The notes under the pieces: model-generated
What the model was told of the DNA's origin: nothing
The model's input: the letters and a program-made list of their open reading frames with translations, nothing else
Database searches by the model: none
Shown here: positions 1 to 11,094 of the stretch, piece after piece
How the letters are laid out: every line of letters starts with the position of its first letter
How positions within the stretch are numbered: position 1 is the stretch's first letter
Made by a program: the position numbers and the translations under genes
From: Rebecca billardiae RCC1528
Lineage: Eukaryota > Protista > Haptophyta
Direction of reading: 5' to 3'
Assembly: GCA_965240325.2 (NCBI GenBank)
Contig: OZ251229.1
Location: forward strand, 1,550,001-1,614,000
Length of the DNA stretch: 64,000 nucleotides

Positions 1-24
1 CGCGGCGCGTGCGCGCGTGCGCAG

Positions 25-3000
25 GTGCACAAGCTGGAGAGTCGGATTAACGAGGCCGTGGACGACGAGGGCGCGGCGCCGCGAGCCGAATCCGGCTCGG
101 CTGCGTCACCGACCACCACGCCGTTCGCGGCCGCCGATGATTGGGGCTCGGCAGGCGACTGGGAGGACGCGCCTCCTGCGCGCGTCGCGGGCAAGCTCGG
201 TGCGCGCGCAGGGGCGGCGGCGCACGCGCACAGCCAACCAAGTGCGGTGGGCGCGGCGCGAGCGCACCCGTCGGCGCCCGCGTGTGGTGCGTGCAGTGCC
301 ACGCCGCTCCCACCCACTGCGAGCCCGTCGCTGAGCGCGCAGCCGTCGGCGCGCGCAGCCGCCGCGTTGGCGCCCGCTGGCACGGCGCAACGCCAAGGCA
401 CGGCCGGGCCAGGTGCGGCCGCGCCGGGACTGTCCGCGGCCAGCGCGCCGGCGGCGGCGGCGGGGACGACGACGGTGACGAAGAAGAGCGCAGAGCCGGC
501 GGCGAGCTGCGGGTCGACGCAAGCCACGCCTGGGTCGGACGCCAAGGCGCACGCAGCCGCTACGCCCGCCGCAGCGCAGGCCAGCAGCGCTCCTGCGCCG
601 CCTGAGCACTCGGCGGCAGGCGCGCCCGCGGCGCAGCCGGTGGCAAGCATCGGAGCCGCGGTGTGTGCCGCGCATGCGCCCGCGCCGTCAGAGGCGGTTG
701 CATGCTCGGCGGGCGCAGATGCTCCCGCCGCGAATGACCCCGCGCTCGCTGCTGCGCCCGCGGCGGCGGGCCTCGGGGCGCCACCGCGCCAGCCGGCGCC
801 GGCTGGCGGCAGCGCGGACGGCGCCGCGCCGTCCGCGGCGCGGGCGCGCGTCCAAGCGGCCGCCCCGGCGTCCCTGGCCGCGACGGGGCTCGAGCCGGCC
901 CCAGCGGGCGCGTGCGAGGCGGCGTGGGTGGGAGCCGCCCCGGCGCACGCTGCCGAGCCGCACGCCCCAGCCCCCGCCGCGCTCCCGGCCGAGCTGGCGC
1001 ACGGTGCGCACGCCACAGGGGCGGGCGGCGGCGCGCTCACCGCCGCGAGGGGAACTAGTGAGCCGGCGCCCGAGGCTGACGGCCCCCCCTCGCCGCGGCT
1101 GGCGCGGACGCTCACCGCCGAGCCGGCGACGAGCTGGGCCGAGGCGGAGGGGAGCGAGAGCGTCGCTGACTCGACGGCGACGTCGCCGCGCTCGCCGCCC
1201 ACGCCGTCCTCCGCGCCCGCCCTAGCGCTGGAGGTGACGGCAGCGGCGGCTGGCGCTGCGGCTGGCTCGGCGGATTGCACCGAGCGCGCGCGCGCGGACG
1301 CGGGCGCCGCGCTTGGCTCGGCGCCCGCCGCGGCCGGCGCGGAGGCAGGCGCACGCGCGCGAGGCAAGGATGGCGAGCCCGTCGCGTCCCAGCCCGGCGC
1401 ACTCTGCGAGGACGAGGCGCAGAGCAGCGCGGATGGCGCGTGCTCGGGTGCGGGCGGCGCGGCGCACGGCGCGGCGGCGCGCGGCGCGGGCGGCGCGGCG
1501 CTCGGCCTCGTCGGCGGCCTGACCGATCGGCTGAGTGACACGCTCGCCGGCGGCCTCGGCGGCGCGGCGCCGCACACGCTCCCCTCTCGCGGCCTCCGAG
1601 CTGGGCACGCGCTCGCTCGACGTCTCACAGAGTCGCTCGGTCCGGACCTGCAGCCGGACCTGCAGCCGCAGCCGCACGCGCTGGGCGGAAGCGGCGGCGG
1701 CGTGGATGGCGGCGGTGAGGCGTGCGCGGGCGTTGCGGGGGGCGGCGCGTCCGGCGGCGTGGCGGGCGAGGGCGCGCCGGGCTCGTCCGCGCACGCAGCC
1801 GCCAGCCCCGCCGCCCTCCTCGAGCAGAACGCCGCGCTGCGCGCTCGGCTGCAGCGCGCTGCAGACAGGGCCGAGGCGCTGGCCGAGCAGGCGGCAGCCA
1901 AGGACTCGCAGCTCGGGCAGCTGCTCAGCGAGGGCGAGGCGCTGTCGCGGCGGCAGGCGGAGCTGGAGAAGGGGATCCGGAAGCTGCGGAAGGAGCGCGA
2001 CGAGGCGGTGGGCGCGGCGGAGGCGCGCGCCGCCGCCGACGCCCGAGCGGCCGCCCTGGAGCAACAGGTGGCCGCGCTGCGCGCCGCGGCCGACCGCGGC
2101 GCGGGCGCGGCCGAGGCGGTCGCGGCGAAGGACGAGCAGATCACCGCCGTGCTCGCCGAGGGCGCGGTGCTGTCGAAGCGGTGCGCCGAGCTGGAGAAGA
2201 GCCTGAAGGGCGTGCGCGCCAAGCAGCGCGAGGCGGAGGCCGCGGCGGAGAAGGCCGCGGCCGACGCGGCCGCGCACTCTGCCGCAGCCGAGGCGGCGAC
2301 GCAGCGCGCGCGCACTGCTGAGGCCGCCGCCGCGTCCGCGCGGCGCGAGGCCGACGAGCTGGTGGCGGTGAACCAGGGGATGTCGCGCACGCTGCTGGAG
2401 AAGGACCGCGTGATCGCCGACGCGGTTCACGCGGCGGAGGGCGCGCGCGCCGAGCTCGCGCGTGCGCAGCGCCAGCTTGGAGCCTCGCGGGTGCGTGCGC
2501 GCGCCGCGCGCCGCGCGCCGCGCGCCGCGCGCCGCGCCGCGCCGCGCCGCCGTCCGCGCTGCGCCGCCGTCCGCGCCGGCGCCGCAGCTCACTCGAGCCC
2601 ACGCCGCGCGCACGCACGCCCACGCCGCGCAGGACATGTCCTCCCAGCTCGGCGCGCGCGCGGCGAGCGAGGCGGTCTCGGTGGCGGCGCTCGGCGCGAC
2701 CGTGCTTGAGCTCGAGCGCTGCGTGCACGCCCTCGGCGCGCGCGAGGCGAGCGCGCAGCAGGCCTTGGCGGACGCGGTGCGCGAGGGTGCGGCGCAGGCG
2801 GAGGCGGCGCAGTGGCGGGAGGGGATGCTGCAGTCACAGATCCACGACATGCACGCGCGGTGCGACGCGGCCGAGCGCCGCGCCGAGACCCTCGTCAGCG
2901 CCGTGCCCGACGCAACACGGCCGCTGCTGCAGCAGCTCGAGGCCGCGCACGCGACGCAGCGCGCGCGCGCGGAGGCGTGGGCGGCTGATGAGGCGGCGCT

Positions 3001-4052
3001 GGTCGAGCGCGCGGCGCGCGCCGAGCGGGCCGCGGCCGAGGCGGCGGAGGGGCTCAAGGCCGCGCAGGCCGCGGCCGAGGCCGCCACCGCCGCCGCGGCC
3101 GAGGCGGAGGCGGCGTGCGCGCGCGAGGCGCGCGCGCGCGCCGCGGCCGAGGCGGAGGCTGCCGCGGAGCGCGCGCGCGCCGAGGGCGCGCGCGCCGACG
3201 CGGCAGCGGAGCTTGCTGAGGCGACCGCGGCGGGAGAGAAGGCGACCGCCGAGCTCGCCGAGGCGCGCGCCGCCGAGGCGCGCGCGCGCTCCGAGCTCGC
3301 CGACGCGCGTGCCGCCGCGCGCGACGAGCTCGGCGCCCTCGACGCGCGCGCGCGCGCGGCTGAGAGCGAGCTTTACGAGGCGCGGCGCCGCGGCGCCGCG
3401 GCCGAGCCGGCGTCCGGTGGCGGCGGCGCCGACGGCGCGGCGGAGCCGGCGCGCGCGGGCCGTGGCGGCGGCGGCGTGGGTACCTCGGGCGTGCACGCCA
3501 CCGCCGCCGCGCTCGGCGGCGCGGCCTCTCTCGAGAGCGTGCTCAGCGCGTGGGCGGCGGATGGAGGCGGCGGCGCTGGCGGCGCGGGCGCGGCCGGCAC
3601 TGGCGCGAGGCGGTGCGTGCGCGCGCGCCCGCGCCCGCGCGCGCCCGCGCGGCCGCGCGCGGCTGACGCGCGCCCGGCCGTCCGCCCCGCCGGCGACGAC
3701 TGCGCGCAGCACGGCCGCGCACGAGGCGTGGGCCGAGTCGCAGCTGCGCCAGCGTGCGGGGCAGGTCGCCGCGCTGCACAGCGCGATTGCCGAGCTTGAG
3801 CGCGGGCGCGACAGCCTGCTCACAGACGTTGCCGCGCTCACGCAGCGCACCGAGCAGCTCGAGGCGGAGGCGCGCGGCGCAGAGGGCGCGCGGCACGAGC
3901 ACGAGCAGCTGCGCACGCGGCACGCGGCCGCGCTCGAGCTGATCGGCGAGCAGCAGGAGGAGATCGACGCCCTGCGCGCAGACCTGGATGACGTGAAGGC
4001 GGAGTGGCGGCGGATGGCGCAGGAGTGGTGCCCGCCCGCGCCCGCCCAGTAG
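25..4052 (+). CDS. TMF1: TMF1/golgin-like coiled-coil protein (TATA element modulatory factor family), 5'-partial, multi-exon
   Basis: Exons 25-2490, 2633-3612, 3710-4052 join in frame across GT..AG introns 2491-2632 and 3613-3709; acceptor gcgcag at 19-24. Repeated 'KDxQIxxxLxEGxxLSKRxxELEKxxK' segments and C-terminal 'LRTRHAAALELIGEQQEEIDALRADLDDVKAEWR' match TMF family coiled coils. Confidence 0.85.
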
Positions 4053-4263
4053 CAGCCCCAGCAGCAGCCATGATGGCAGGGTCCTGCATCGTCGGACTGG
4101 CGGCTCCTACTCACTCACTCCTAATAGCTACAGACAGTACGGTAGCAGTAATCAGTAGGCTCCACTGTCTCCGGTCGTCCACCCCGGTCCGTGGACCCCG
4201 CGCGCATAGTCGTATAAGTGATTCTAGTATCCGATATAGTATCGATCGACGACGTAGTTTCGT

Positions 4264-4264
<1 letters not shown>

Positions 4265-4303
<39 letters not shown>
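4265..4303. repeat. (AG)n microsatellite
   Basis: Uninterrupted agagag run. Confidence 0.95.
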
Positions 4304-4307
<4 letters not shown>

Positions 4308-4539
4308 CGAATATAAAATTACAATAATATTAATAACGACTATACTCTGAACAACGCAATTATAATAGACTATACTACGCGCGCAGTCGCATTCCCGGCA
4401 TTCGTCCGCCCGTCGGATTCCTCGGAAGCATCGCCTAAAGCCGCCGCTGCTGCTGGTATCTCTGCGCCGTATCGTCGACCGCACGGCGGCCGCCGACGTG
4501 CTCGTTCGCGCGCGAGTGCTGCGTGCCACGCGCCACGGC

Positions 4540-6432
4540 TCACCTCCGGCGGCGGCCGATCGCTCCGAGCAGCCAGCGCGCACACGCCAGCGCGGCGAGC
4601 ACGCGCGACGCGCGCGCGGACGTGAGCACAGCGAGCTGCAGCGCGGCGATCGCGAGCAGCAGCCGCCCCTGCGACGCCTGCTCGGCCTCGAGCCGCTCGA
4701 GCCTCCCCTCCGCCTCGATCGCGCGCACGCGCAGCGGCGCCTGCCCCGACTCCCACTGCGAGAGCTTGGTCGCGATCAGGTCGACGGTGCGCGGCTGCTG
4801 CACGAGCGCGCGCAGGTCTTGCGGACGCCAGCCGACGCGCTCGAGCTGCTTGGCGAGGAGGAAGCCGGGGCCGTCGAGCTCGGCGACGTGCGGCGCGACG
4901 GCGGAGATGAAGTCGAACTCGGGGTCGAGCGAGCGCCCCACGCCGCCGAGCTGCGCGAGCACGCGGAAGATGAACGTGTACACGGACGAGAGCTGCAGGA
5001 AGTCGGCGTCTGCGCCCGCGCCGCCGCCGCCGCCGGCGCCGCTGGTGGCGCGCGCCGCGCGCTTGGGTGCGCCGTCTGCCTGCCGCGCGGCGCCCGCGCC
5101 GATCCGGCCCGAGGCGAAGTTGTCGGCGATCGTGCGCTCGAGCTTGACGCGGTCCGCGCCGGGCGCGACGATCCCCAGCTCGTCGAACGCGCGCACGCAC
5201 GCCTGCGCGTCCGACGCGACGATGGCCTTGATCACAGAGAGGATGCCGGCGCGCTCGGCCGCGCAGCGCGAGCACTGGCCAAAGTCGTAGAAGATGAGCC
5301 GGCCGCCGGGCACCGCGGTGTCGACGGCGAGGTTGCCCGGGTGCGGGTCGGTGTGGAAGAACCCGTCGCGGCAGAACTGCAGCAGGTACGCGCGCGCCAG
5401 CCGCTCGGCGATCAGCCTCGGCTCGAGGCCGGGCGTCGCCTCGAGCTTGCGCACGCTCGTCACCTTCACACCGCTCACCTCCTCCTGCACGAGCACGCGC
5501 GCCGAGGTGAGGTTGGCGAGGACGGCGGGCACCTTGACCCACGCCTCGCGCGAGAACTGCGCGGCGAACTCGCGCTGGTTCGCCGCCTCCTGCGCGTAGT
5601 CGATCTCTCGCAGCAGCAGCTGCCGCGCCTCGGAGTAGAAGTCGCGCCACTTGGTGCGATCCTCCGTGCCGCGCAGCCGGCCGAGGCCGTCCGCGGCGCG
5701 GGCGATGCGGCGGATGTTGGCGAGGTCGGTGTCGTAGAGCTCGCGCAGCAGCGGGCGCTGCACCTTGACGACGACCGGCGTGCCGTCCAGCAGCGTCGCG
5801 CGGTGCACCTGCCCCAGCGACGCCGCGGCGATCGGCGTGCGCTCGAACGAGCGGAAGATCTCGCGCACCGGTCGGCCGAGCTCACACTCGAGCACGGAGC
5901 GCACGCCCTCGTACGGGACGGCGGGGACGTCGTCCTGCAGGCGCTTGAGCGCGTCGATGTACTCGGGCGCGAGCAGGTCGGGCCGGCACGACGCCACCTG
6001 CCCCAGCTTGATGAACGTCGGCCCGAGCCGCAGCACTTGCGAGACGACGCGCTCGGCCGTCTCGCGCCGCCGCGCCGCCGCGGCCGGGCTCGACGGGTCG
6101 AGCCGGCGGGCGCGGGCGACGGAGAAGCCCACGCGGATAGATGTGCGCAGGATGGCGCGGAAGCGCGCGCCCGGCCGCCGCGCGAACTTCTCCCACGACG
6201 TCGCGATGTTCAGCCCGCACTCGTCATCGCCGCCGCGCACGCGCTCGGCGGACGAGTCCGCGGGCGCCCGCAGCGAGGAGGACGCGAGGATCACCGCGCG
6301 TGGGGTGGCGTGCGCGCGCCCTCTCGGCACATCGGCCACGCGGGCGGGCGGCGGAGCCAGCGCCGCCGCCCCAGCCAGCGCCAGCAGCGTGGCACCGCGC
6401 CACGACGCCGATCTTCTCGTCGTCGCAGTCAT
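4540..6432 (-). CDS. ABC1/UbiB atypical kinase, probably plastid-targeted
   Basis: Motifs LGPTFIKLGQ, LQDDVP, PIAAASLGQVHRA, VVVKVQRP, EIDYAQEA, GFFHTDPHPGN, YDFG. Hydrophobic N-terminal leader after ATG 6432; C-terminal hydrophobic segments; intronless. Confidence 0.93.
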   Translation of the reverse strand: MTATTRRSASWRGATLLALAGAAALAPPPARVADVPRGRAHATPRAVILASSSLRAPADSSAERVRGGDDECGLNIATSWEKFARRPGARFRAILRTSIRVGFSVARARRLDPSSPAAAARRRETAERVVSQVLRLGPTFIKLGQVASCRPDLLAPEYIDALKRLQDDVPAVPYEGVRSVLECELGRPVREIFRSFERTPIAAASLGQVHRATLLDGTPVVVKVQRPLLRELYDTDLANIRRIARAADGLGRLRGTEDRTKWRDFYSEARQLLLREIDYAQEAANQREFAAQFSREAWVKVPAVLANLTSARVLVQEEVSGVKVTSVRKLEATPGLEPRLIAERLARAYLLQFCRDGFFHTDPHPGNLAVDTAVPGGRLIFYDFGQCSRCAAERAGILSVIKAIVASDAQACVRAFDELGIVAPGADRVKLERTIADNFASGRIGAGAARQADGAPKRAARATSGAGGGGGAGADADFLQLSSVYTFIFRVLAQLGGVGRSLDPEFDFISAVAPHVAELDGPGFLLAKQLERVGWRPQDLRALVQQPRTVDLIATKLSQWESGQAPLRVRAIEAEGRLERLEAEQASQGRLLLAIAALQLAVLTSARASRVLAALACARWLLGAIGRRRR

Positions 6433-6628
6433 CGTCGATGCAAGATTCGTCGCCGACCGACGTGAACTGAGGCTCACCGCCTCACCCTTCCCTCAGCTGC
6501 TCCCGGAAACTCCGGCGCGTACAGTGAGTCTCGTCAGTGATCGATCGTCAGTCTGCACTCTCGATCCTTTGCTCGACACTCACAAACGGGAGCCGAACAC
6601 GGCGTCCACGGCCACGCAATCAGGCAAG

Positions 6629-7000
6629 ATGCGCTGCACGACGGTCGCGACGGTCGCACTCGCGGTGCTGGGGTTCGCCGGGCAGAGCGAGGCGTTCGCC
6701 GTGCAGCCGCGCAGCGCGCTGCAGCGCACACATCTCGCCGCCGTCGCGTCGGACGCGCGCTCATCGATCGCCGCGACCATTCTGGTCGTGAACGGCAAGA
6801 AGGTGAACGCAAAGGCTGGCACGAACCTTGGGGCCGCGCTGCAGAAGGCGGGGTTCAAGCCCAACTACTCGTGCAAGAAGGGCGAGTGCAACTCGTGCGT
6901 GGTCTCCGTGGGCGGCACGCGCATGAAGGCGTGCATTGGCAAGGTGCCCCCCGAGCCCAAGCTCAAGTCGCTGCAGGAGAAGGGTCTGGAGGTCCGCTAA
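6629..7000 (+). CDS. Small 2Fe-2S ferredoxin-like protein with bipartite-type plastid leader
   Basis: Signal peptide ending SEA|F; YSCKKGECNSC...KAC gives C-x4-C-x2-C-x11-C. Confidence 0.85.
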   Translation: MRCTTVATVALAVLGFAGQSEAFAVQPRSALQRTHLAAVASDARSSIAATILVVNGKKVNAKAGTNLGAALQKAGFKPNYSCKKGECNSCVVSVGGTRMKACIGKVPPEPKLKSLQEKGLEVR

Positions 7001-7292
7001 GCCCACCCGTCCCGCACACCGTGCCCTGCCCAGCGAGCGTGGGCGCCGCCGGTCAGCTGGGCTTGTGCATGTGCATAGTATGCGTGCCATGGCATGAATG
7101 CCCGCTCGTCGTCGTCCATGTCGTCGCCGCTGACCCTCACCCGTGGCCTCATCAGCGTCTCGCGCTGGCCCGGCCAGCACTCACTTTGCGCTGGGCACCG
7201 CAGACCATGGGTTGCGTCACTAGCTGGGACACTTCATAATTCAAGCCCATTAGAGCATTGGCCTGCTTCCGCCGGATCGAGACGGTTCGTAT

Positions 7293-8987
7293 TCAGGTAT
7301 AGCTGCGGCAAACATGCACGTGGGCAAGGCGTGCAAACCCTTCCAGAAGGCTGTGCTCTTCGGATGTCAAACTCATCTGGTCATCATGTGTGACAGTGCG
7401 TCGCTGCACCTTAGTAGGAAGCGAGTGTGGGTCCTCTGGCCCACTGTCCCAGTAGTGGTAGCGGCCACCAGGAAGTGCATCAGCATTGGTGACGAAGCCA
7501 TAGAGAGAGACCTCATCACACATGGACATGGCCATCATCACAGTGCGCAGCCCTGTGGACGGCACCCAGCCTGGTTTGAGTGGTTGGATAAACTTGCTGA
7601 GCCAGGTCCACACGTTGCTGAATGCAGGGTTGGCATAGCGCAATCCAGCAGCTTTCCATGGCTTTGGATCTGCTCTCAAGAACCAGCGGCAAAGGGACAG
7701 AGAACCACCTGAGAGAAGTGCTGTGGCATTGTGCAGGTCCATGGGGCGGAGTGGGTTGCTGTGTGGCACTGCCTGCCTGCCGTTGAGCTCTTTGCGCACA
7801 GCCTTGACCTTCCTATAATGTGGTGAGGATGGCCCAGCAATCACTCGTGCTGGCCAAGAGATGATCACGTCGAAGTCGGAGCGAGCACCAACGTCACTCT
7901 CAAACCCAGAGAGCACAGGCACATTCACGCGCCACACCATGTCATGGCTGTCGATGTCTGCACCACATCCAGAGCCGAGCATAGCACCACTTGAGCTCAC
8001 GATCGCGCAAGACCCATAGTGCCTGTTGTCATCAAAAGCGCGGCAGCTCTTCATGACATCGTGCAAGGGCATGTGCACTGCGCAAGTGTTCTTGGCATAC
8101 AAGCTCAGGTCCAGTGGGTTGCACACAGCCTGGTTGAGCGAGGCAGCACCCGCACGACAGGATGGGCTTTCCGCCTGTAGCTGTGTGAGGTGAATGCGGT
8201 GGGTGAGTTTCGTGCATGTCACAGGTACAGCAGGTGTGATGCTTGCGATTGAGCCGCTGCTGGGCGCTGCTATCCTGCTGCTGGTGCACGACAGCAGGCG
8301 AGAGTGCTCTCCGAAGTACAACTCCTCTAGGCCCCGATTCGCTGCGCGTGTGCGAACAGCACACGGCTGGCCGTGCTCGTTGAAGTAGTGCCAGCCCAGC
8401 TGCTCTCCTGTGACCCAGTTGCTGCGGTTGCTGGTTGAGGTGAGGTCGATGATCTCATACTTGGCGTTGGACTGTCCCTGCGTGGCGCCGGTGACGTCGA
8501 GGTCATGGTGCATGATCTGGATAGAGTCGTACTCTGCTGCCTGTGCTCGAGCAATGGCCACACCGCTCACAAAAGGGCATGCCATCGTGTGGAAGCTGGA
8601 GTTGACCATGGTGTAGATCTTCCAGCAGATACACTCACTTGAATCACGCACCCTGCACTGCGACCCTTGGGCGAGCGTGCATGGGCAGGTCGTATTGAAT
8701 GCGACGTTGACATCATCATGCGAGCGCAGTACCAGCGTGCGCCCAACATTGTAGAAGAGGTTGGTCGGCGTGTTCTCCGTCACGACTGTCGCGTAGAGCC
8801 AACGAAACGAACCCTGCATGTCATCCAAATTGCCTAGCACGTGGTAGACTGCAACGCGCGTGTGGGGCCGCACAGGCCGAGTGGGCTTGGGCATGCGCGC
8901 CGCCTGATTCAGCCGACGCCCTGGTGCGCCCCCCTGCGCCGCGAGCGAGGAAACCAGGAGCGCGACGAGCAATAGCATGCTCGGCAT
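7293..8987 (-). CDS. GT29 sialyltransferase-like protein with extra N-terminal domain
   Basis: Sialylmotif L (SCAIVSSSGAMLGSGCGADIDSHDMVWRVN...FESDVG), motif S (PSTGLRTVMMAMSMCDEVSLYGF), motif III (YHYWD), VS-like H...EEH; N-terminal signal; intronless. Confidence 0.92.
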   Translation of the reverse strand: MPSMLLLVALLVSSLAAQGGAPGRRLNQAARMPKPTRPVRPHTRVAVYHVLGNLDDMQGSFRWLYATVVTENTPTNLFYNVGRTLVLRSHDDVNVAFNTTCPCTLAQGSQCRVRDSSECICWKIYTMVNSSFHTMACPFVSGVAIARAQAAEYDSIQIMHHDLDVTGATQGQSNAKYEIIDLTSTSNRSNWVTGEQLGWHYFNEHGQPCAVRTRAANRGLEELYFGEHSRLLSCTSSRIAAPSSGSIASITPAVPVTCTKLTHRIHLTQLQAESPSCRAGAASLNQAVCNPLDLSLYAKNTCAVHMPLHDVMKSCRAFDDNRHYGSCAIVSSSGAMLGSGCGADIDSHDMVWRVNVPVLSGFESDVGARSDFDVIISWPARVIAGPSSPHYRKVKAVRKELNGRQAVPHSNPLRPMDLHNATALLSGGSLSLCRWFLRADPKPWKAAGLRYANPAFSNVWTWLSKFIQPLKPGWVPSTGLRTVMMAMSMCDEVSLYGFVTNADALPGGRYHYWDSGPEDPHSLPTKVQRRTVTHDDQMSLTSEEHSLLEGFARLAHVHVCRSYT

Positions 8988-9887
8988 GGTGATGAGAATC
9001 CAACGCAGGAACGGACGAGGAACCTCACAGCTTACTCATTATGATATGCACATTCCCTCGTGCGAGTGTGGGCCTCGCGGGTGCGCATGGACGTGTACAC
9101 GCGTGAGAATACTTAATGTCGTTAGGAATCAGGATGATTCAGGTGTCACTATAATCCGACCGTCCGTCACCGGGTTTGGTAACTGACCACCGCCTTCTAA
9201 TGGCCCTGTAACGGCCGGCGGGTCGCTCTAGCGAGGGGTGCTCGACCGTTACGGGAGATTAGATGCACCTGGTAACTGACGCTGCATGCACGACAAGGAC
9301 ACACCCACAAAACAGACCGGCGCAGGCAGGTGAGCATCGCGGTGCAGGCTATGCTCTGCCACCAACGCCGACTTCGTGTCGACGATCGGGCACTGCCGCC
9401 GACGAATCAGGAGACCCGCGTCGTCCTACCTGTGTCGTTAAATCATAGAATGAGTCTGCAGCCAAGCCGTTACACGGCACCCTCCGCCTCGGCGCGGAGG
9501 GTCAGCGGGTGCCGTGTGCACGGACTGGGCAGGTGAGTGGCGAGTACTGCGGCTTTGAGGCCGACGACACGCCACACTGGGGAACATATCACCTGATCGA
9601 GGGCCAGGCCCAATCTGTGTGATAAGCTACCCCAGTCATGCCGCTTGATACACACCTTCCCCAACCGACAGTGGGGCTCCACATTCCATACTACTACATC
9701 CTGTCGGCGCGCTGTCGCATCGGCGCCCAGTCGGCGAGTTCGGACGACGACGTTTGTGGACGACGGTGGGGCGAGGACGACGGGCGCTGGCGCGCCGCGA
9801 GGCGGCCGCAGCCCTCATCCACCGGGCCTCGCAGGCGGACGGCTGAACGCATCTTCCGGCGGCGCTACAGTACCATCGGCGACGGCT

Positions 9888-9977
9888 TCATGGGCGGTGA
9901 CAGTTCGGGCGGGCGTCAATCTCGCTGGCCTGCCTGAGCTGTGTGCGTCTCTTATTCTTAGCTAGCTTAGTAAACTG
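9888..9977 (-). repeat. Copy of CAGTTTACTAAGAATAAGAGACGCACACAGCTCAGGCAGGCGAGA TIR-like repeat (right-end orientation, with small insertions)
   Basis: Matches copies at 14452-14525, 19354-19407, 47582-47641, 61569-61613 and 61681-61730. Confidence 0.8.
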
Positions 9978-11094
9978 TCCAAGACCAAGTCCAAGGCCTT
10001 GTACTAGTCGGTCGTCGGCGCAACGCGCCACTCCGCCCTGTTGCGCCGGTCTGAATTTTGTGACGACGGTGTCTTTGCATGTTCAATATGTTCAGGCGAG
10101 GGAGGTGATGAACATTGGCACCTCACGCGCGAGTTGGGGAAACGTTGAGTTCCCGAGTTTTTACATGCACGGGGCGGCAATTTCTGGCGCGCGCTATCTT
10201 CCGATTTGAAGGCGGTGCGCGGCTCCGCCGCCGTCACGCTCTCGACGCGCGCGAGCTGCGCGCGCGCGGCGGCGGTTTTGGCCGCGCGGCACTGGGCCGG
10301 CTGGGTCCGCACAGCCGAGTAGGCCACTCTTGCCGCGGTGGTCGTGGCGCGGGGACGTCCCCGCCGCTCGCCAACCTCCCGCGAGCACCTCGCGCCGCCT
10401 CACGCCGCCTTCACGCCGCCTCCACGTGCCAACTGCACGCTCTGGACGCCTCGGCGGCAGAGACGCGCGCGGCGCGGTTGTGTGCCGTGTAGACTGGGCC
10501 CATGCGCGTCCGCTGTCGGTGCGCCCCGGCCACACGCGCGCGCATCCCAGACCTCTCGCCTGATGCGTCGCCGCCGAGCACGGCCGTGCACCTCAGTCTG
10601 CCGTGGTGCCGCGCGCGCGGCCGAGCGAGCAGGCGGCGCGTTGTGGAGCGTGTGACGCGCGAGACGGGAAAGCTTCCGAGCGTCCGAGCCACCGCCGACC
10701 GGCGGCGCGCACGCGATTGGCTTGAGCCATCGGCGCCGACGGCGCGCGTGCGCTGAGCCAGCTGAAGGCGTGTGCGCCACGGCACGGCAGCCGCCCATCG
10801 CGGCCCGCGGCCGTACCCGGGTGCGGCAGGCGCGCTCGGTGCGGGCGCTTCGGGACCACCCTTGGCTTCGGGGCGTGGCCTTACTACTGTACGAGACCGG
10901 AGCCCCTGGAAGCGCGACGCCTATGACCTCGCCCCCGCGACGCCTATCACCTCGCGAGTGAGTGAGCGCGCATCTTGCATGTCAGTGATCGGCACTCAGG
11001 GCACCGGGGTGGCCGTGAGCGAGGCACTGTGAGGCCTGCGTCAGCCCGTCCCTGACCGGTGAAAGAAAATAGTCAAAATACCAAGAGTGGTACG

